From: Balneolaceae bacterium
GTDB taxonomy: Bacteria > Bacteroidota > Rhodothermia > Balneolales > Balneolaceae
Direction of reading: 5' to 3'
Assembly (NCBI GenBank): GCA_040879905.1
Contig: JBBDJK010000152.1
Coordinates: forward strand, 4,617 to 68,616
DNA length: 64,000 nucleotides
Positions within the stretch are counted from its first letter, which is position 1. Every line of letters starts with the position of its first letter. The translations under genes were made by a program, and so were the position numbers. The notes below the pieces were generated by a model. It worked only from the letters and a program-made list of their open reading frames with translations. It did no database searches and had not been told where the DNA came from. Below, piece after piece: positions 1 through 10,186 of the stretch.

Positions 1-1651
1 TTAAGATATAGACAGGGACTAATCCGACCAAAATAATTGCAAGTGCAGCGCCTGAAGACTCTGCAAGCCGCTCATCAGAGGCCAGACGGTAAACTTGTAC
101 GGCTAATGTATCAAAGTTAAACGGCCGTACTATAAGGGTTGCAGGCAGTTCTTTTATGACGTCTACTATAACGAGCATGATTGCTGCAAACAGGCTTCCT
201 GACATCATTGGAATGTGTATCTTTCGCAAGACTTTACTAAATCCATATCCCATCCCTTCAGCGGCTTCATCCATTTGAGGGGTAATTTTTCCAAGACTTG
301 CTTCAACAGTGTTATATGCCACAGCTAAAAAGCGAACGACGTACGCAAAGATCAATGCGAAAATTGTACCACTCAGAAGTAATCCTGTAGAAAAGCCAAA
401 CTGATTTCTCATCCACTGATCAATCGTATTATCTGCCCATCCAAATGGGATCAGAATACCTACAGCGATAACAGAACCCGGTATCGCATAACCCATCGAG
501 CCGATACGAGTACTTATATTAGTGAGCAACCCCGGGTTTAACCGAACACCATAAGCCATAAGTAGTGCTACTAAAAGAGCTAAAAACCCGGCTAAACCTG
601 CAACAAAAATGGTATTAATGCTATATTGTACAAACCGTGCATCAACCGCTGCATCAAAATTTGACAACATCATATCAAAAAGTAAGATTGTCGGTATTAG
701 GAAGCCAATCACCACCGGAGTGAAACAGAAAAGAGTACTGAACCAGGCCTTCCAACCAGATAATTTATAGATAGACAGACGTTTATAACGTCCTGTAGAG
801 CCCTGTTTCATATTCATATTGCTGCGACTCCATCTCTCTAAAAGAATCAGAAAAAGGATAAAAATGAGCAAAAATGCTGCCAGTTGAGCCGCCGCAGCTC
901 TTTCACCGAGCCCAAACCAAGTACGATAGATACCGGTGGTGAAAGTTTGAACGCCAAAATAATCGACAGTTCCAAAATCATTCAATGTCTCCATGAGTGC
1001 CAATGCCATACCGGCAGCAATGGAGGGTCTGGCAAGTGGGAGTGCAATCTTATAGAAACTTTGTAATGGAGTTGCACCCAGGCTCCTGCCGGCTTCCAGA
1101 AGAGATGCAGATTGTTCCAGAAATGCGGCACGAGTCAAAAGGTATACATATGGGAAAAAAACAAATGACATCATGATGATGGCGCCACCAAGTGAACGAA
1201 CATTCGGAAACCAGTAATCTCCAATACCCCATCCTGTCAGATCTCGTAACATCATTTGAAGTGGACCTGTATAGGCTAAAAAATCGGTATAAGTGTATGC
1301 CATCAGATATGCAGGTACTGCCATTGGCAGTATCAACATCCAGTTAAACCATTGGCTGCCCGGAAACCGGCACATCGTTACTAACCACGCTGTTCCAACT
1401 CCTATTATAAAAACCCCGCTTCCGACACCAACCATTAACCAAAGAGAATTCTGAACATAATCCGGGAGCACAGTAGAGGCCAAATGACTCCATGTATCTC
1501 CTGATGGTATAAAAATATTTGCAGCAACTGTAAAGATTGGAATTCCTACGAGCAGTGCAATTAGAAGTGTCAAAAGATTCCATAAACCGGATCCCGATTT
1601 CCCTCTCTTTGATCGTTTCCATTTCAACAAGTTTATTATTTTTTCAAACAT
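1..1651 (-). CDS. Fe(3+) ABC transporter permease (FbpB-type), 3' end runs off the window
   Basis: Missing from the ORF track because no stop lies in the window. I translated both ends by hand: from ATG 1651 MFEKIINLLKWKR...WSHLASTVLPDYVQNSLWLMVGVG...LPMAVPAYLMAYTYTDF, and in the same frame ...GLVPVYIL at position 2. Hydrophobic permease of at least 550 aa. Confidence 0.88.
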   Translation of the reverse strand, partial: MFEKIINLLKWKRSKRGKSGSGLWNLLTLLIALLVGIPIFTVAANIFIPSGDTWSHLASTVLPDYVQNSLWLMVGVGSGVFIIGVGTAWLVTMCRFPGSQWFNWMLILPMAVPAYLMAYTYTDFLAYTGPLQMMLRDLTGWGIGDYWFPNVRSLGGAIIMMSFVFFPYVYLLTRAAFLEQSASLLEAGRSLGATPLQSFYKIALPLARPSIAAGMALALMETLNDFGTVDYFGVQTFTTGIYRTWFGLGERAAAAQLAAFLLIFILFLILLERWSRSNMNMKQGSTGRYKRLSIYKLSGWKAWFSTLFCFTPVVIGFLIPTILLFDMMLSNFDAAVDARFVQYSINTIFVAGLAGFLALLVALLMAYGVRLNPGLLTNISTRIGSMGYAIPGSVIAVGILIPFGWADNTIDQWMRNQFGFSTGLLLSGTIFALIFAYVVRFLAVAYNTVEASLGKITPQMDEAAEGMGYGFSKVLRKIHIPMMSGSLFAAIMLVIVDVIKELPATLIVRPFNFDTLAVQVYRLASDERLAESSGAALAIILVGLVPVYIL

Positions 1652-1734
1652 AGGTTCTAACATACAGATTCACGTTTGAAATCTTAACATAACAGAGTCC
1701 TGAAAGCGATGATTTTATCTCAATTTCCATTTAA

Positions 1735-3201
1735 TCAGATTGCAAAATTTCGTTTTGACTTATGTAAATGGAATTCTTTTTTTAAAACGAGTTCTGCTGC
1801 ATGATATCCGCACATGCCATGTACACCACCGCCGGGAGGTGTTGAGGATGAACAGAAATAGATACCTTTTAGTGGAGTGGCATAAGGATTAAACATTGAG
1901 ACAGGCCTGGCAAAAAGTTGACTTAAATCCTGTCTTCCCCCATTAATATCACCACCAAAATAGTTTGCATTATAATTCTGAAAGTCATTCGTATTCATCG
2001 TTACCCTGGATTCAATAACATCTTTAAATCCGGGAGCGAATCTTTCAATTTGATATTCAATTGCTTGAGTCATATCAACAGTAGATCCATTGGGAACATG
2101 ACAATAAGCCCAGAGGGTGTGTTTATTGTCAGGGGTACGGGTTGAATCAAAAAGGCTTTGTTGAGCAACCAATACAAATGGATTATCAGGATGTTCACCT
2201 TGAAAAACTTTTTTTTCAGCGTTCGATATTTCATCAAAAGTACCCCCTAAATGAATCGTACCAGCCCTTTTACATTCATAATCTTTCCACGGAACGGGTT
2301 CTCTTAATATATAGTCAATTTTAAAAACACCTGAACCGTAATGAAATTTAGCCAGTTTCTGACGATATTTTAATGGAAAATCGTCACCCACAATTCTGGC
2401 AACCTGAATTGGAGTAAGATCAAACAATACAGCAGTTGATGTGGGCAGTTGATCCAGATTTTTGACTTCAATATCGGTCTCAATAACACCGCCCAGCGAT
2501 ATGAAATATGCAGCCAATGAATTAGCGATTGATTGAGATCCACCTTTCGCCATCGGCCAACCTTCGGAATGACCTGCCCCAAAAAAGACAAGGCCTATTG
2601 CAGTTGTCGCGTATGAATCAAGTGGTAAAAAGCTGTGGGCGGCCATTCCTGCAAAAAGTGCACGTGCTCTCTCTGTTTTAAAACGATGTTGAAACCGGGA
2701 GGCGGGTTGTAATGCCTTCAACCCAAAGTTTGCCATCATAAGTGGATTTGAAGGAAATGTTAACGGTGAAAGGATCTCTTTAGCCAATTCATCCCAATGG
2801 TCAGATAAAGGTTGTACTATAGATTTGTAGATATTTTCATCCTCTCCGAGATGAAATGCCGTTTCATTTAAATTCTTATGATAAACGACTACAGGTTCAT
2901 TGTCGAGGGGATGAGCTACCGGATGAATGGGATGGATCCATTCCAGGCCGTACCTTTTTAAGGGTATTTGCTTAAAAAAGGGTGAAGAGACAGCCATCGG
3001 GTGAATGGCTGAACAGATATCGTGCCAATAACCCGGCCGAATCAGTTCTCTTGTCCTCATACCACCACCCACAGTATGGGAAGCTTCAACTATTTGAACC
3101 CGTAAACCTTCAAGAGCAAGTCGTATTCCGGCTGAAAGTCCATTCGGACCTGAACCGACAATGATTGCATCGTAATCTGTAGAACGGGTCGTAATGGGCA
3201 C
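1735..3201 (-). CDS. Phytoene-dehydrogenase-like FAD-dependent oxidoreductase
   Basis: N-terminal VGSGPNGL dinucleotide-binding motif; C-terminal STPPGGGVHGMCG; 488 aa. Confidence 0.85.
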   Translation of the reverse strand: MPITTRSTDYDAIIVGSGPNGLSAGIRLALEGLRVQIVEASHTVGGGMRTRELIRPGYWHDICSAIHPMAVSSPFFKQIPLKRYGLEWIHPIHPVAHPLDNEPVVVYHKNLNETAFHLGEDENIYKSIVQPLSDHWDELAKEILSPLTFPSNPLMMANFGLKALQPASRFQHRFKTERARALFAGMAAHSFLPLDSYATTAIGLVFFGAGHSEGWPMAKGGSQSIANSLAAYFISLGGVIETDIEVKNLDQLPTSTAVLFDLTPIQVARIVGDDFPLKYRQKLAKFHYGSGVFKIDYILREPVPWKDYECKRAGTIHLGGTFDEISNAEKKVFQGEHPDNPFVLVAQQSLFDSTRTPDNKHTLWAYCHVPNGSTVDMTQAIEYQIERFAPGFKDVIESRVTMNTNDFQNYNANYFGGDINGGRQDLSQLFARPVSMFNPYATPLKGIYFCSSSTPPGGGVHGMCGYHAAELVLKKEFHLHKSKRNFAI

Positions 3202-3487
3202 GGTATTAAAGAATGATTAATGTCAGTCTCAAAGGTACGGAAAGTAGTCTCAAACATGAAGATTTTTTGAATATCTGTATGAAACATAAAAATAGTTTTA
3301 AATGAAATAATCACTATTGTCTCTGATTTGTTAATCCTGATTTCGGATATAGCTGATGTAATTAGCCAATAAATTATAATTAGCAGAACTCTTGAAGGAT
3401 TTTAATATATAATTTCAAGCATAATCAACAACAGGTAAACCGTTTGGATTCGTTATATTCAAGCCATGAATTTTACTATTTATCAAT

Positions 3488-4183
3488 ATGAAACAAACCG
3501 ATAACAATAAATTGCCGGAGTTTGAAAGAGAGGGTATCAGGAAACACAGATTTATAATTTGGACATTACTGATACTAATGATTGTTGAATGGATATTTCT
3601 CTTCATAAATAGTACCTGGTTATCACTTTTTTTGGTTTCTTTGATTATCGTCACCCTATTTGTGCCATTTATCATGAGAAAAAGGATGGAAGTTGACATT
3701 CCTGCCGAATTTCATTTAATGGCTGTTCTGTTTGCGTTTGCATCTCTCTATTTGGGTGAAGTTCATGATTTTTATAATCGATTATGGTGGTGGGATGTTG
3801 CACTTCATGCTACTGCAGGATTGTTAATGGGCGTTCTCGGTTTTTTGCTTGTATATATTCTGAATGAGAGTAAGAGAGTTGAATTAGACATGAAACCCGG
3901 TTTTATAGCTTTTTTTGCTTTCATGTTTGCCATCACAATTGGTACAATCTGGGAAGTATTTGAATTTTTCATGGATCAGATGTTTGGGTTGAATATGCAG
4001 AAAACGATGCTGGGAGATCCATCAGGACTAACCGATACGATGTGGGATATGATCGTTAATTCCTTGGGTGGGCTGATTGTAAGTTTGAGCGGTTGGTGGT
4101 ACCTAAAACGTCGAGAAAGATTTTATATAAAATCACTTATTCAAAAATTCATCATCAAAAACCCTAAACTTTTTCGAAAATAG
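3488..4183 (+). CDS. Integral membrane protein (DUF2238/YjdF-like)
   Basis: About 6 hydrophobic segments with WWDVALH, WEVFEF and DTMWD motifs. Confidence 0.6.
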   Translation: MKQTDNNKLPEFEREGIRKHRFIIWTLLILMIVEWIFLFINSTWLSLFLVSLIIVTLFVPFIMRKRMEVDIPAEFHLMAVLFAFASLYLGEVHDFYNRLWWWDVALHATAGLLMGVLGFLLVYILNESKRVELDMKPGFIAFFAFMFAITIGTIWEVFEFFMDQMFGLNMQKTMLGDPSGLTDTMWDMIVNSLGGLIVSLSGWWYLKRRERFYIKSLIQKFIIKNPKLFRK

Positions 4184-4213
4184 GATAAAAACCAAAAATT
4201 AGTTTCTTTTCTA

Positions 4214-4242
4214 TTGCATTTTAAGGATCGAAACAATAGTTT
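4214..4242 (+). promoter_or_regulatory. Putative sigma70 promoter of the trp operon
   Basis: TTGCAT (4214-4219), 17-nt spacer, TAGTTT (4237-4242). Confidence 0.5.
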
Positions 4243-4248
4243 ATTTTT

Positions 4249-4320
4249 ATGTTAAAAATCACTGTACAATCCAACTGGTGCTGGCAAAGTCAAAGTTATT
4301 TGGCAGTGGCAGAGGTGTGA
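4249..4320 (+). CDS. trpL: trp operon leader peptide MLKITVQSNWCWQSQSYLAVAEV
   Basis: 23-aa ORF with TGG-TGC-TGG, directly upstream of a terminator hairpin and trpE. Confidence 0.8.
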   Translation: MLKITVQSNWCWQSQSYLAVAEV

Positions 4321-4350
4321 TTTAGATTAACGACCGACTTTTTTTTAAAT

Positions 4351-4383
4351 AAGCCCACTGCAGTTTCTGGAGTGGGTTTTTTT
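4351..4383 (+). terminator. Attenuator terminator hairpin
   Basis: AAGCCCACT-gcagtttctgg-AGTGGGTTT followed by a T run. Its 5' arm CCACTGC can alternatively pair with GCAGTGG at 4303-4309. Confidence 0.8.
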
Positions 4384-4400
4384 ATTTTAGAACCTTGCAT

Positions 4401-5861
4401 ATGACTTTCAAAGAGTTTAAAAAACTGGCAAATAATTATACGGCCATACCAGTATCCCGCAGGATGCTGGCAGATGTTTTGACACCTGTATCCCTGTTTT
4501 TGTCAATAAGGGAAAATGGCTATTATCCGTTTCTGTTTGAGTCGGTAGAGGGGGGAGAACATCTTGCACGCTACTCTTTTTTAGGATGCAATCCATATCA
4601 AGTGCTCCGTTTTGATGGTAAAGAGCTCCTTCTTTCAGAATCTGGCAAAGTAACAAGACTTCAGGAATCCTATTTTTCCGCATTAAACAGGCTCACTCAG
4701 CAGCATTCTGAGCCGGATTTGCCGGGTTTACCACGTCTGACAGGTGGTGCCGTAGGTTTTTCTTCTTATGACACGGTTCGGGAAGTCGAAAAATTAACTG
4801 CGGCTCCAATAGACGATTTGCAAATACCTGAAGCTATTTGGTCATTTTATGATGAAGTGTACGCATTTGATCACGTAAAGCAACAGATTGTCATGATGAA
4901 AACGGTTTTTATTGAACCGGACAGTGACTTAACCGTTGAGTATGAAATGGCTCATTCCAGACTGGATATTATGGAACAAAATGCCGTTAAAGCAATCTCC
5001 AAACAGGAACCATTTTCTCTGGATACTTCAAACTTAAAGAGTAACTTGGAGAGAGAAAGGTTCATATCGATTGTGAATAAAGCAAAAAGTTACATTTATG
5101 AGGGTGATATTTTTCAAGTTGTTCTCTCACAAAGATTTGATGTGCCCTTTAATGGAGATACATTTTCACTCTATCGGGCATTACGGATGGTGAATCCTTC
5201 ACCATATCTGTTTTATCTCAATTTTGATCAATTTTCATTGGTTGGCTCATCGCCGGAGGTATTGGTGAGAGTAACCAATCGTGAAGCAAGACTTTTGCCC
5301 ATTGCAGGTACCCGGCCAAGAGGCTCGGATCATGATCACGACCTTTTACTGGAGGAGGAACTTAAAAATGATCCGAAAGAGATTGCAGAACATATCATGT
5401 TAGTTGATCTCGGTAGAAATGATCTTTCAAGAGTCTGTAAATCAGGTACGGTTCACATGGAACGAAATCAGGCGATTGAGAGATTTTCACACGTAATGCA
5501 TATTGTCTCAGACGTTGTTGGTCAGCTCTCAGATGATAAAACTCCCATTGACGCTTTGATGCAGTGTTTTCCTGCCGGTACAGTAAGTGGTGCACCGAAA
5601 ATCAGAGCCATGGAAATTATTGATGAACTGGAACCAACTAAAAGAGGGCCTTACGCCGGTGCAGTTGGTTATATTGATTTTTCAGGGAATATGGATACTT
5701 GTATTGCAATCCGTACCATGGTTGTGACAGATCAAAAAGTCTACATACAGGCAGGAGCAGGTATTGTGGCAGACAGCAACCCGGATAAAGAGTTTGAAGA
5801 GACACAAAATAAAGCCGGAGCACTTATTGAAGCTTTAAGCGTAGCTCTTGACATCAGCTGA
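4401..5861 (+). CDS. trpE: Anthranilate synthase component I
   Basis: [47 protein letters not shown] motifs. ATG 4401 preferred over TTG 4395. Confidence 0.96.
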   Translation: MTFKEFKKLANNYTAIPVSRRMLADVLTPVSLFLSIRENGYYPFLFESVEGGEHLARYSFLGCNPYQVLRFDGKELLLSESGKVTRLQESYFSALNRLTQQHSEPDLPGLPRLTGGAVGFSSYDTVREVEKLTAAPIDDLQIPEAIWSFYDEVYAFDHVKQQIVMMKTVFIEPDSDLTVEYEMAHSRLDIMEQNAVKAISKQEPFSLDTSNLKSNLERERFISIVNKAKSYIYEGDIFQVVLSQRFDVPFNGDTFSLYRALRMVNPSPYLFYLNFDQFSLVGSSPEVLVRVTNREARLLPIAGTRPRGSDHDHDLLLEEELKNDPKEIAEHIMLVDLGRNDLSRVCKSGTVHMERNQAIERFSHVMHIVSDVVGQLSDDKTPIDALMQCFPAGTVSGAPKIRAMEIIDELEPTKRGPYAGAVGYIDFSGNMDTCIAIRTMVVTDQKVYIQAGAGIVADSNPDKEFEETQNKAGALIEALSVALDIS

Positions 5862-5905
5862 AATGATTAACGGAGCAATCGTAAGTGGTAATCGTCAAAT
5901 AACAT

Positions 5906-6937
5906 ATGACACAAAAAAATAGTTTAGAAAAAGCGGAAATGAACAAATCAAATAAAACCATTTTATCAGGTATTCAACCATCGGGAAAATTGCATATAGG
6001 TAACTATTTTGGGGCCATGAGACAACATATCCGGATGCAGGATGAAGGGGATGCTTTTTATTTTTTAGCTAATTACCACTCATTGACATCTGTTTCTGAT
6101 GGAAATAAACTGGGTCAATTCACTAAAGATGTTGTTTTGGATTATCTTGCATTAGGCCTTGATCCAAATCGATGTACGTTTTTTGCTCAGTCAGATGTAC
6201 CCCAAACTACAGAATTAGCATGGATTTTAGGTTGCCATACTCCGGTTTCATTTATGGAGAAGGGTGTATCTTACAAGGATAAAGTGGCTCATGGATTAAG
6301 CCCCAATATCGGACTTTTTACATATCCGGTTCTTCAGGCGGCAGATATCCTCATATATCATTCTGATTTGGTACCTGTGGGAGAAGATCAAAAACAGAAC
6401 ATTGAAATTTGTCGAGATTTAGCGGGAAAACTGAATAGGGCTTATGATCAAGAATTATTGATCATTCCGGAAGAATATATTGTAAAAAATGTTGCAATTG
6501 TACCCGGTATAGATGGTCGAAAAATGAGTAAATCGTATGAGAATACGATCAATATTTTTGATGAGGGCAAATCTCTGAAAAAGAGAGTAATGTCCATTCA
6601 AACAGATTCAACATCACTTGAAGACCCAAAAGATCCGGAAAATTGTACTGTATTTGCCTTGATTAAACTATTTGCAAGCAAAGAAAAAACGGAAGAAATC
6701 GCCATTCAATATCGACGCGGCGGTTATGGCTATGGCCATGCCAAAAAAGAACTCCTGACACTGATAACAGATCATTTCTCTGAGGAAAGAGAGAAACGAA
6801 AATCACTCGAAAAAGATATGGATTATGTGACTGACGTGTTAAAAGAGGGAGGAAAAAAAGCCAGAGCGCGCGCTGAAACAGTCATGGAACCGATTCGAAG
6901 TGCAACGGGTTTATTCAGGAGCTTCTTATACTCATAA
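5906..6937 (+). CDS. trpS: Tryptophanyl-tRNA synthetase
   Basis: SGIQPSGKLHIGNY (HIGH), YPVLQAADIL, VPVGEDQ, KMSKS. Confidence 0.97.
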   Translation: MTQKNSLEKAEMNKSNKTILSGIQPSGKLHIGNYFGAMRQHIRMQDEGDAFYFLANYHSLTSVSDGNKLGQFTKDVVLDYLALGLDPNRCTFFAQSDVPQTTELAWILGCHTPVSFMEKGVSYKDKVAHGLSPNIGLFTYPVLQAADILIYHSDLVPVGEDQKQNIEICRDLAGKLNRAYDQELLIIPEEYIVKNVAIVPGIDGRKMSKSYENTINIFDEGKSLKKRVMSIQTDSTSLEDPKDPENCTVFALIKLFASKEKTEEIAIQYRRGGYGYGHAKKELLTLITDHFSEEREKRKSLEKDMDYVTDVLKEGGKKARARAETVMEPIRSATGLFRSFLYS

Positions 6938-6983
6938 ATTTAATTCTTAAAACGTATTGAATGAAGATTAGGTTAGGTATATA

Positions 6984-7562
6984 ATGATATTGATTATCGA
7001 TAATTACGATTCATTTACTTACAATCTGGTACATATCATTGGATCAGTGACTGAAGAGTACCGGGTTGTTAGAAATGACATGATTACTTTGGATGAAATA
7101 CGACAACTTGCACCGGATAAAATATTAATATCACCGGGACCAGGCCGGCCCGAAAATGCCGGTATCACAGAATCTGTGATCCGCGAATTTGGTATTGAAA
7201 CACCTATTTTAGGTGTATGCTTGGGACATCAGGCGATTGGCCAGGTTTTTGGGGCTAAAGTAGATTATGCACCCGTATTAATGCATGGAAAAACATCTAA
7301 AATTCTTCATGACGGTTTATCCCTTTTTGAGGGGGTTGAGAAAGAATTTACTGCAACCCGCTACCATTCGCTTGTTCTGAATCCAAATTCCATACCTGAG
7401 GAATTGACAATATCTGCAAAAAGTGAAGACGGTATCATCATGGGTGTAAGACACAAAAAATATCCTATTGAAGGAATCCAGTTTCATCCGGAAAGTATCT
7501 TGACAGTTGAAGGGCCTAAAATTGTCAGAAACTGGTTGAAAATGAATACACATACTGTTTGA
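6984..7562 (+). CDS. trpG: Anthranilate synthase component II (glutamine amidotransferase)
   Basis: IDNYDSFTYN, SPGPG, GVCLGHQ, QFHPES. Confidence 0.95.
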   Translation: MILIIDNYDSFTYNLVHIIGSVTEEYRVVRNDMITLDEIRQLAPDKILISPGPGRPENAGITESVIREFGIETPILGVCLGHQAIGQVFGAKVDYAPVLMHGKTSKILHDGLSLFEGVEKEFTATRYHSLVLNPNSIPEELTISAKSEDGIIMGVRHKKYPIEGIQFHPESILTVEGPKIVRNWLKMNTHTV

Positions 7563-7591
7563 AAATTTATATTTAAACGATACAAGTAATT

Positions 7592-8632
7592 TTGCAACAA
7601 TCATTTACACATATTTTAGAAATTTTAATAAATGATGAGGATCTATCCTCAGAACAGGCATCCATTGCCATGAATCTGATCCTTTCAGGTTCTGTTTCAG
7701 GTGAGGAGATAAGTGCCTTTTTAATGGCGTTACGAATTAAGGGTGAATCAATAACTGAACTGACAGCTTTTGTGAAAGAGATGCGACGCGTTTCTGTTCA
7801 TGTGGATGTAGACACAAAAGATGCGGTTGACTTATGTGGAACGGGTGGTGACAAAAGTGGTACATTCAATATTTCCACAGCTTCTATGTTTGTAACAGCA
7901 GGTGCCGGTATACCGGTTTTGAAGCACGGCAATCGAAGTGTATCGAGTAAAAGTGGCAGTTATGATGTACTTAAAGAGCTTGGTGCAGTGCCTAACCTGC
8001 AAAAAAAGGAGGTTGAAATGCTCTTTAATGAGACCGGTATGGCTTTTATGTTTGCTCCAAATTTTCATCCGGCTTTGAAACATGTAATGCCGGCCAGAAG
8101 AGCACTTAAAATTAGAACTTTATTCAACATGTTAGGGCCATTGCTCAATCCTGCTGCAGTTAAACATCAATTAGTAGGTACTTTCAGCATGGAGGCAGCC
8201 CAAAAGATGATCCGAATTTTTGATCATCTGGATGTCGAAAACGCCATTACTGTCTATGCTCAAGACGGACTTGATGAAGTAAGCCTGACGTCAAAAAGTA
8301 ATATATTTGAATCTAAAAGTGGGAAATCGAACAATGCTTATTCGTTTGACCCTACATCACTTGGATATGAGATGGTTCACATCAATGAAATTATGGGTGG
8401 TGATGCAAAACAGAACGCTGAAATAATCAGGGCGATTGTAGAAAACAGATCTACAAAAGCTCAAAGAGATGTTGTTGAGTTAAACGCAGCTTTTGCGATC
8501 TACTCAACCGGATCTGTGGATTCACTAAAGCAAGCAAAAGATCAAGCAAAAATGAGTATTGATTCCGGTGAGGCAAAGAAAAAGCTGGATCAGTTCATTA
8601 AAGAATCTCAAAAAGTTGCCGAAGACCATTAA
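7592..8632 (+). CDS. trpD: Anthranilate phosphoribosyltransferase
   Basis: DLCGTGGD, NISTAS, KHGNRSVSSKSGS, DGLDE. Confidence 0.96.
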   Translation: MQQSFTHILEILINDEDLSSEQASIAMNLILSGSVSGEEISAFLMALRIKGESITELTAFVKEMRRVSVHVDVDTKDAVDLCGTGGDKSGTFNISTASMFVTAGAGIPVLKHGNRSVSSKSGSYDVLKELGAVPNLQKKEVEMLFNETGMAFMFAPNFHPALKHVMPARRALKIRTLFNMLGPLLNPAAVKHQLVGTFSMEAAQKMIRIFDHLDVENAITVYAQDGLDEVSLTSKSNIFESKSGKSNNAYSFDPTSLGYEMVHINEIMGGDAKQNAEIIRAIVENRSTKAQRDVVELNAAFAIYSTGSVDSLKQAKDQAKMSIDSGEAKKKLDQFIKESQKVAEDH

Positions 8633-9453
8633 TGGACAATATTCTCAATAAAATAACCACTCAGACCCGTTCAGATCTATCGAAACGGAAAAGAGAAATC
8701 AGTTTCAGAGATTTAAATTCTCTTCCTATGTTTGATAAAAAGAGCAGGGATTTTAAATCGGCAATCCATAAATCCGATCAAATTTCGATCATTGCAGAGG
8801 TAAAAAAAGCTTCCCCTTCAAAAGGGGTGATTCGGGATGACTTTGAACCGCTGAAAATTGCAAGTCAATATATTGAAAATGGAGCTGCAGCAATTTCGGT
8901 TTTAACAGACGAACCTTTTTTTAATGGATCTCTTAAATATCTGGAATTGATTTCAGATATGAGTTCAATTCCGATTCTAAGAAAAGATTTTATTGTAGAT
9001 ACCTATCAAGTTAAAGAGGCAAAAGCATACGGTGCAGATGCTGTTTTATTGATTGTATCCATCTATTCCGGAAATCAGTTACATGAACTGATCGCTGCAT
9101 GCAGAGAATTCGGACTATTTTCATTGGTGGAGTGTTACCATGAAGACGAACTGCAATCAATTCATTGGGATGAAGTTGAAATTGTTGGAGTGAATAATCG
9201 GAATTTAGCTACCTTTGATGTAGACGTACATCGGGGGGTAGAACTACTGAAACAGTCTCCGAATCATATTGTTAAAGTGTCAGAAAGCGGTATTTATAAA
9301 CCTGAAGATCTTCTTTTACTTTATGAAAATGGAATTGATTCTGCACTGATTGGGGAGTATTTAATGAAACAACCTGATATTGGAATGGCATTAAAACTTC
9401 TGTTGAGTGAGTTTCAATCACTTAAAAAGGTGTCTGAAAGTAATCTTAAATAA
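8632..9453 (+). CDS. trpC: Indole-3-glycerol phosphate synthase
   Basis: IAEVKKASPSKG, LRKDFI, GVNNRNL, SESGI. Confidence 0.96.
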   Translation: MDNILNKITTQTRSDLSKRKREISFRDLNSLPMFDKKSRDFKSAIHKSDQISIIAEVKKASPSKGVIRDDFEPLKIASQYIENGAAAISVLTDEPFFNGSLKYLELISDMSSIPILRKDFIVDTYQVKEAKAYGADAVLLIVSIYSGNQLHELIAACREFGLFSLVECYHEDELQSIHWDEVEIVGVNNRNLATFDVDVHRGVELLKQSPNHIVKVSESGIYKPEDLLLLYENGIDSALIGEYLMKQPDIGMALKLLLSEFQSLKKVSESNLK

Positions 9454-9484
9454 TTGAATATTAATAGTTCTTGCTGAATGTAGA

Positions 9485-10147
9485 ATGATGTTTGAAGAAC
9501 CCGAAAAAAGAACAAAAGTGAAAATTTGTGGTATAACCACACTGGAAGATGCACGCTTTGTATCAGGAGCAATGGCTGACTACCTTGGATTCATTTTCTA
9601 TTCAGGTAGCTCAAGATATATCGAACCTGCTAAAGCCGGAGCCATTATCAATTGGATTGAAGGGCCTGAGAAAGTTGGTGTATTTGTTAATCAGCCTTTG
9701 GATGACGTCAATCAAATTATCACTGAGACCGGATTGGATTTGGTTCAGCTTCATGGAAATGAGTCTCCCGAGTACTGCGGTTTAATTGATAAACCTATTA
9801 TTAAAGTGATCCATATCACTCCTGATACCAAATCGGCAGATCTTCAGAATAGTTTGAATCTTTATGAATCAGCCGTTGATTATTTTCTTTTTGATACAAA
9901 AACAGAAAATGAATGGGGGGGGACCGGAAAAAAGTTTAATTGGATCCTGCTTAAAGAGATCACCATCGGACGCCCCTTTTTTCTTTCAGGTGGACTCAAC
10001 GCTGATAATATTCAAAATGCAATTGAACAGATACAGCCGTACGCTGTTGATCTGTCAAGTAGTCTTGAGAAATCTCCTGGATTAAAGGATTTTGACAAAA
10101 TTGAGCTGTTTTTTAATGAGATGAGGAACATTTGGGATGAAGAATGA
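9485..10147 (+). CDS. trpF: Phosphoribosylanthranilate isomerase
   Basis: VKICGIT, VQLHGNE, GGTG, LSGGLN. Confidence 0.95.
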   Translation: MMFEEPEKRTKVKICGITTLEDARFVSGAMADYLGFIFYSGSSRYIEPAKAGAIINWIEGPEKVGVFVNQPLDDVNQIITETGLDLVQLHGNESPEYCGLIDKPIIKVIHITPDTKSADLQNSLNLYESAVDYFLFDTKTENEWGGTGKKFNWILLKEITIGRPFFLSGGLNADNIQNAIEQIQPYAVDLSSSLEKSPGLKDFDKIELFFNEMRNIWDEE

Positions 10148-10186
10148 TCAAATTAAAGTTGAATTATTAATTACCTGACATCAATT

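Noticed and set aside
1050-1622. Short minus-strand ORFs suggesting a frameshifted pseudogene
   Set aside because: They are alternative frames. The permease start (1651) and the window-edge end are in one frame, which the ORF track omitted because it has no stop in the window.
1700-1730. Fur box upstream of the iron permease
   Set aside because: gatgattttatctcaatt matches the GATAATGATAATCATTATC consensus poorly and could be chance in AT-rich DNA.
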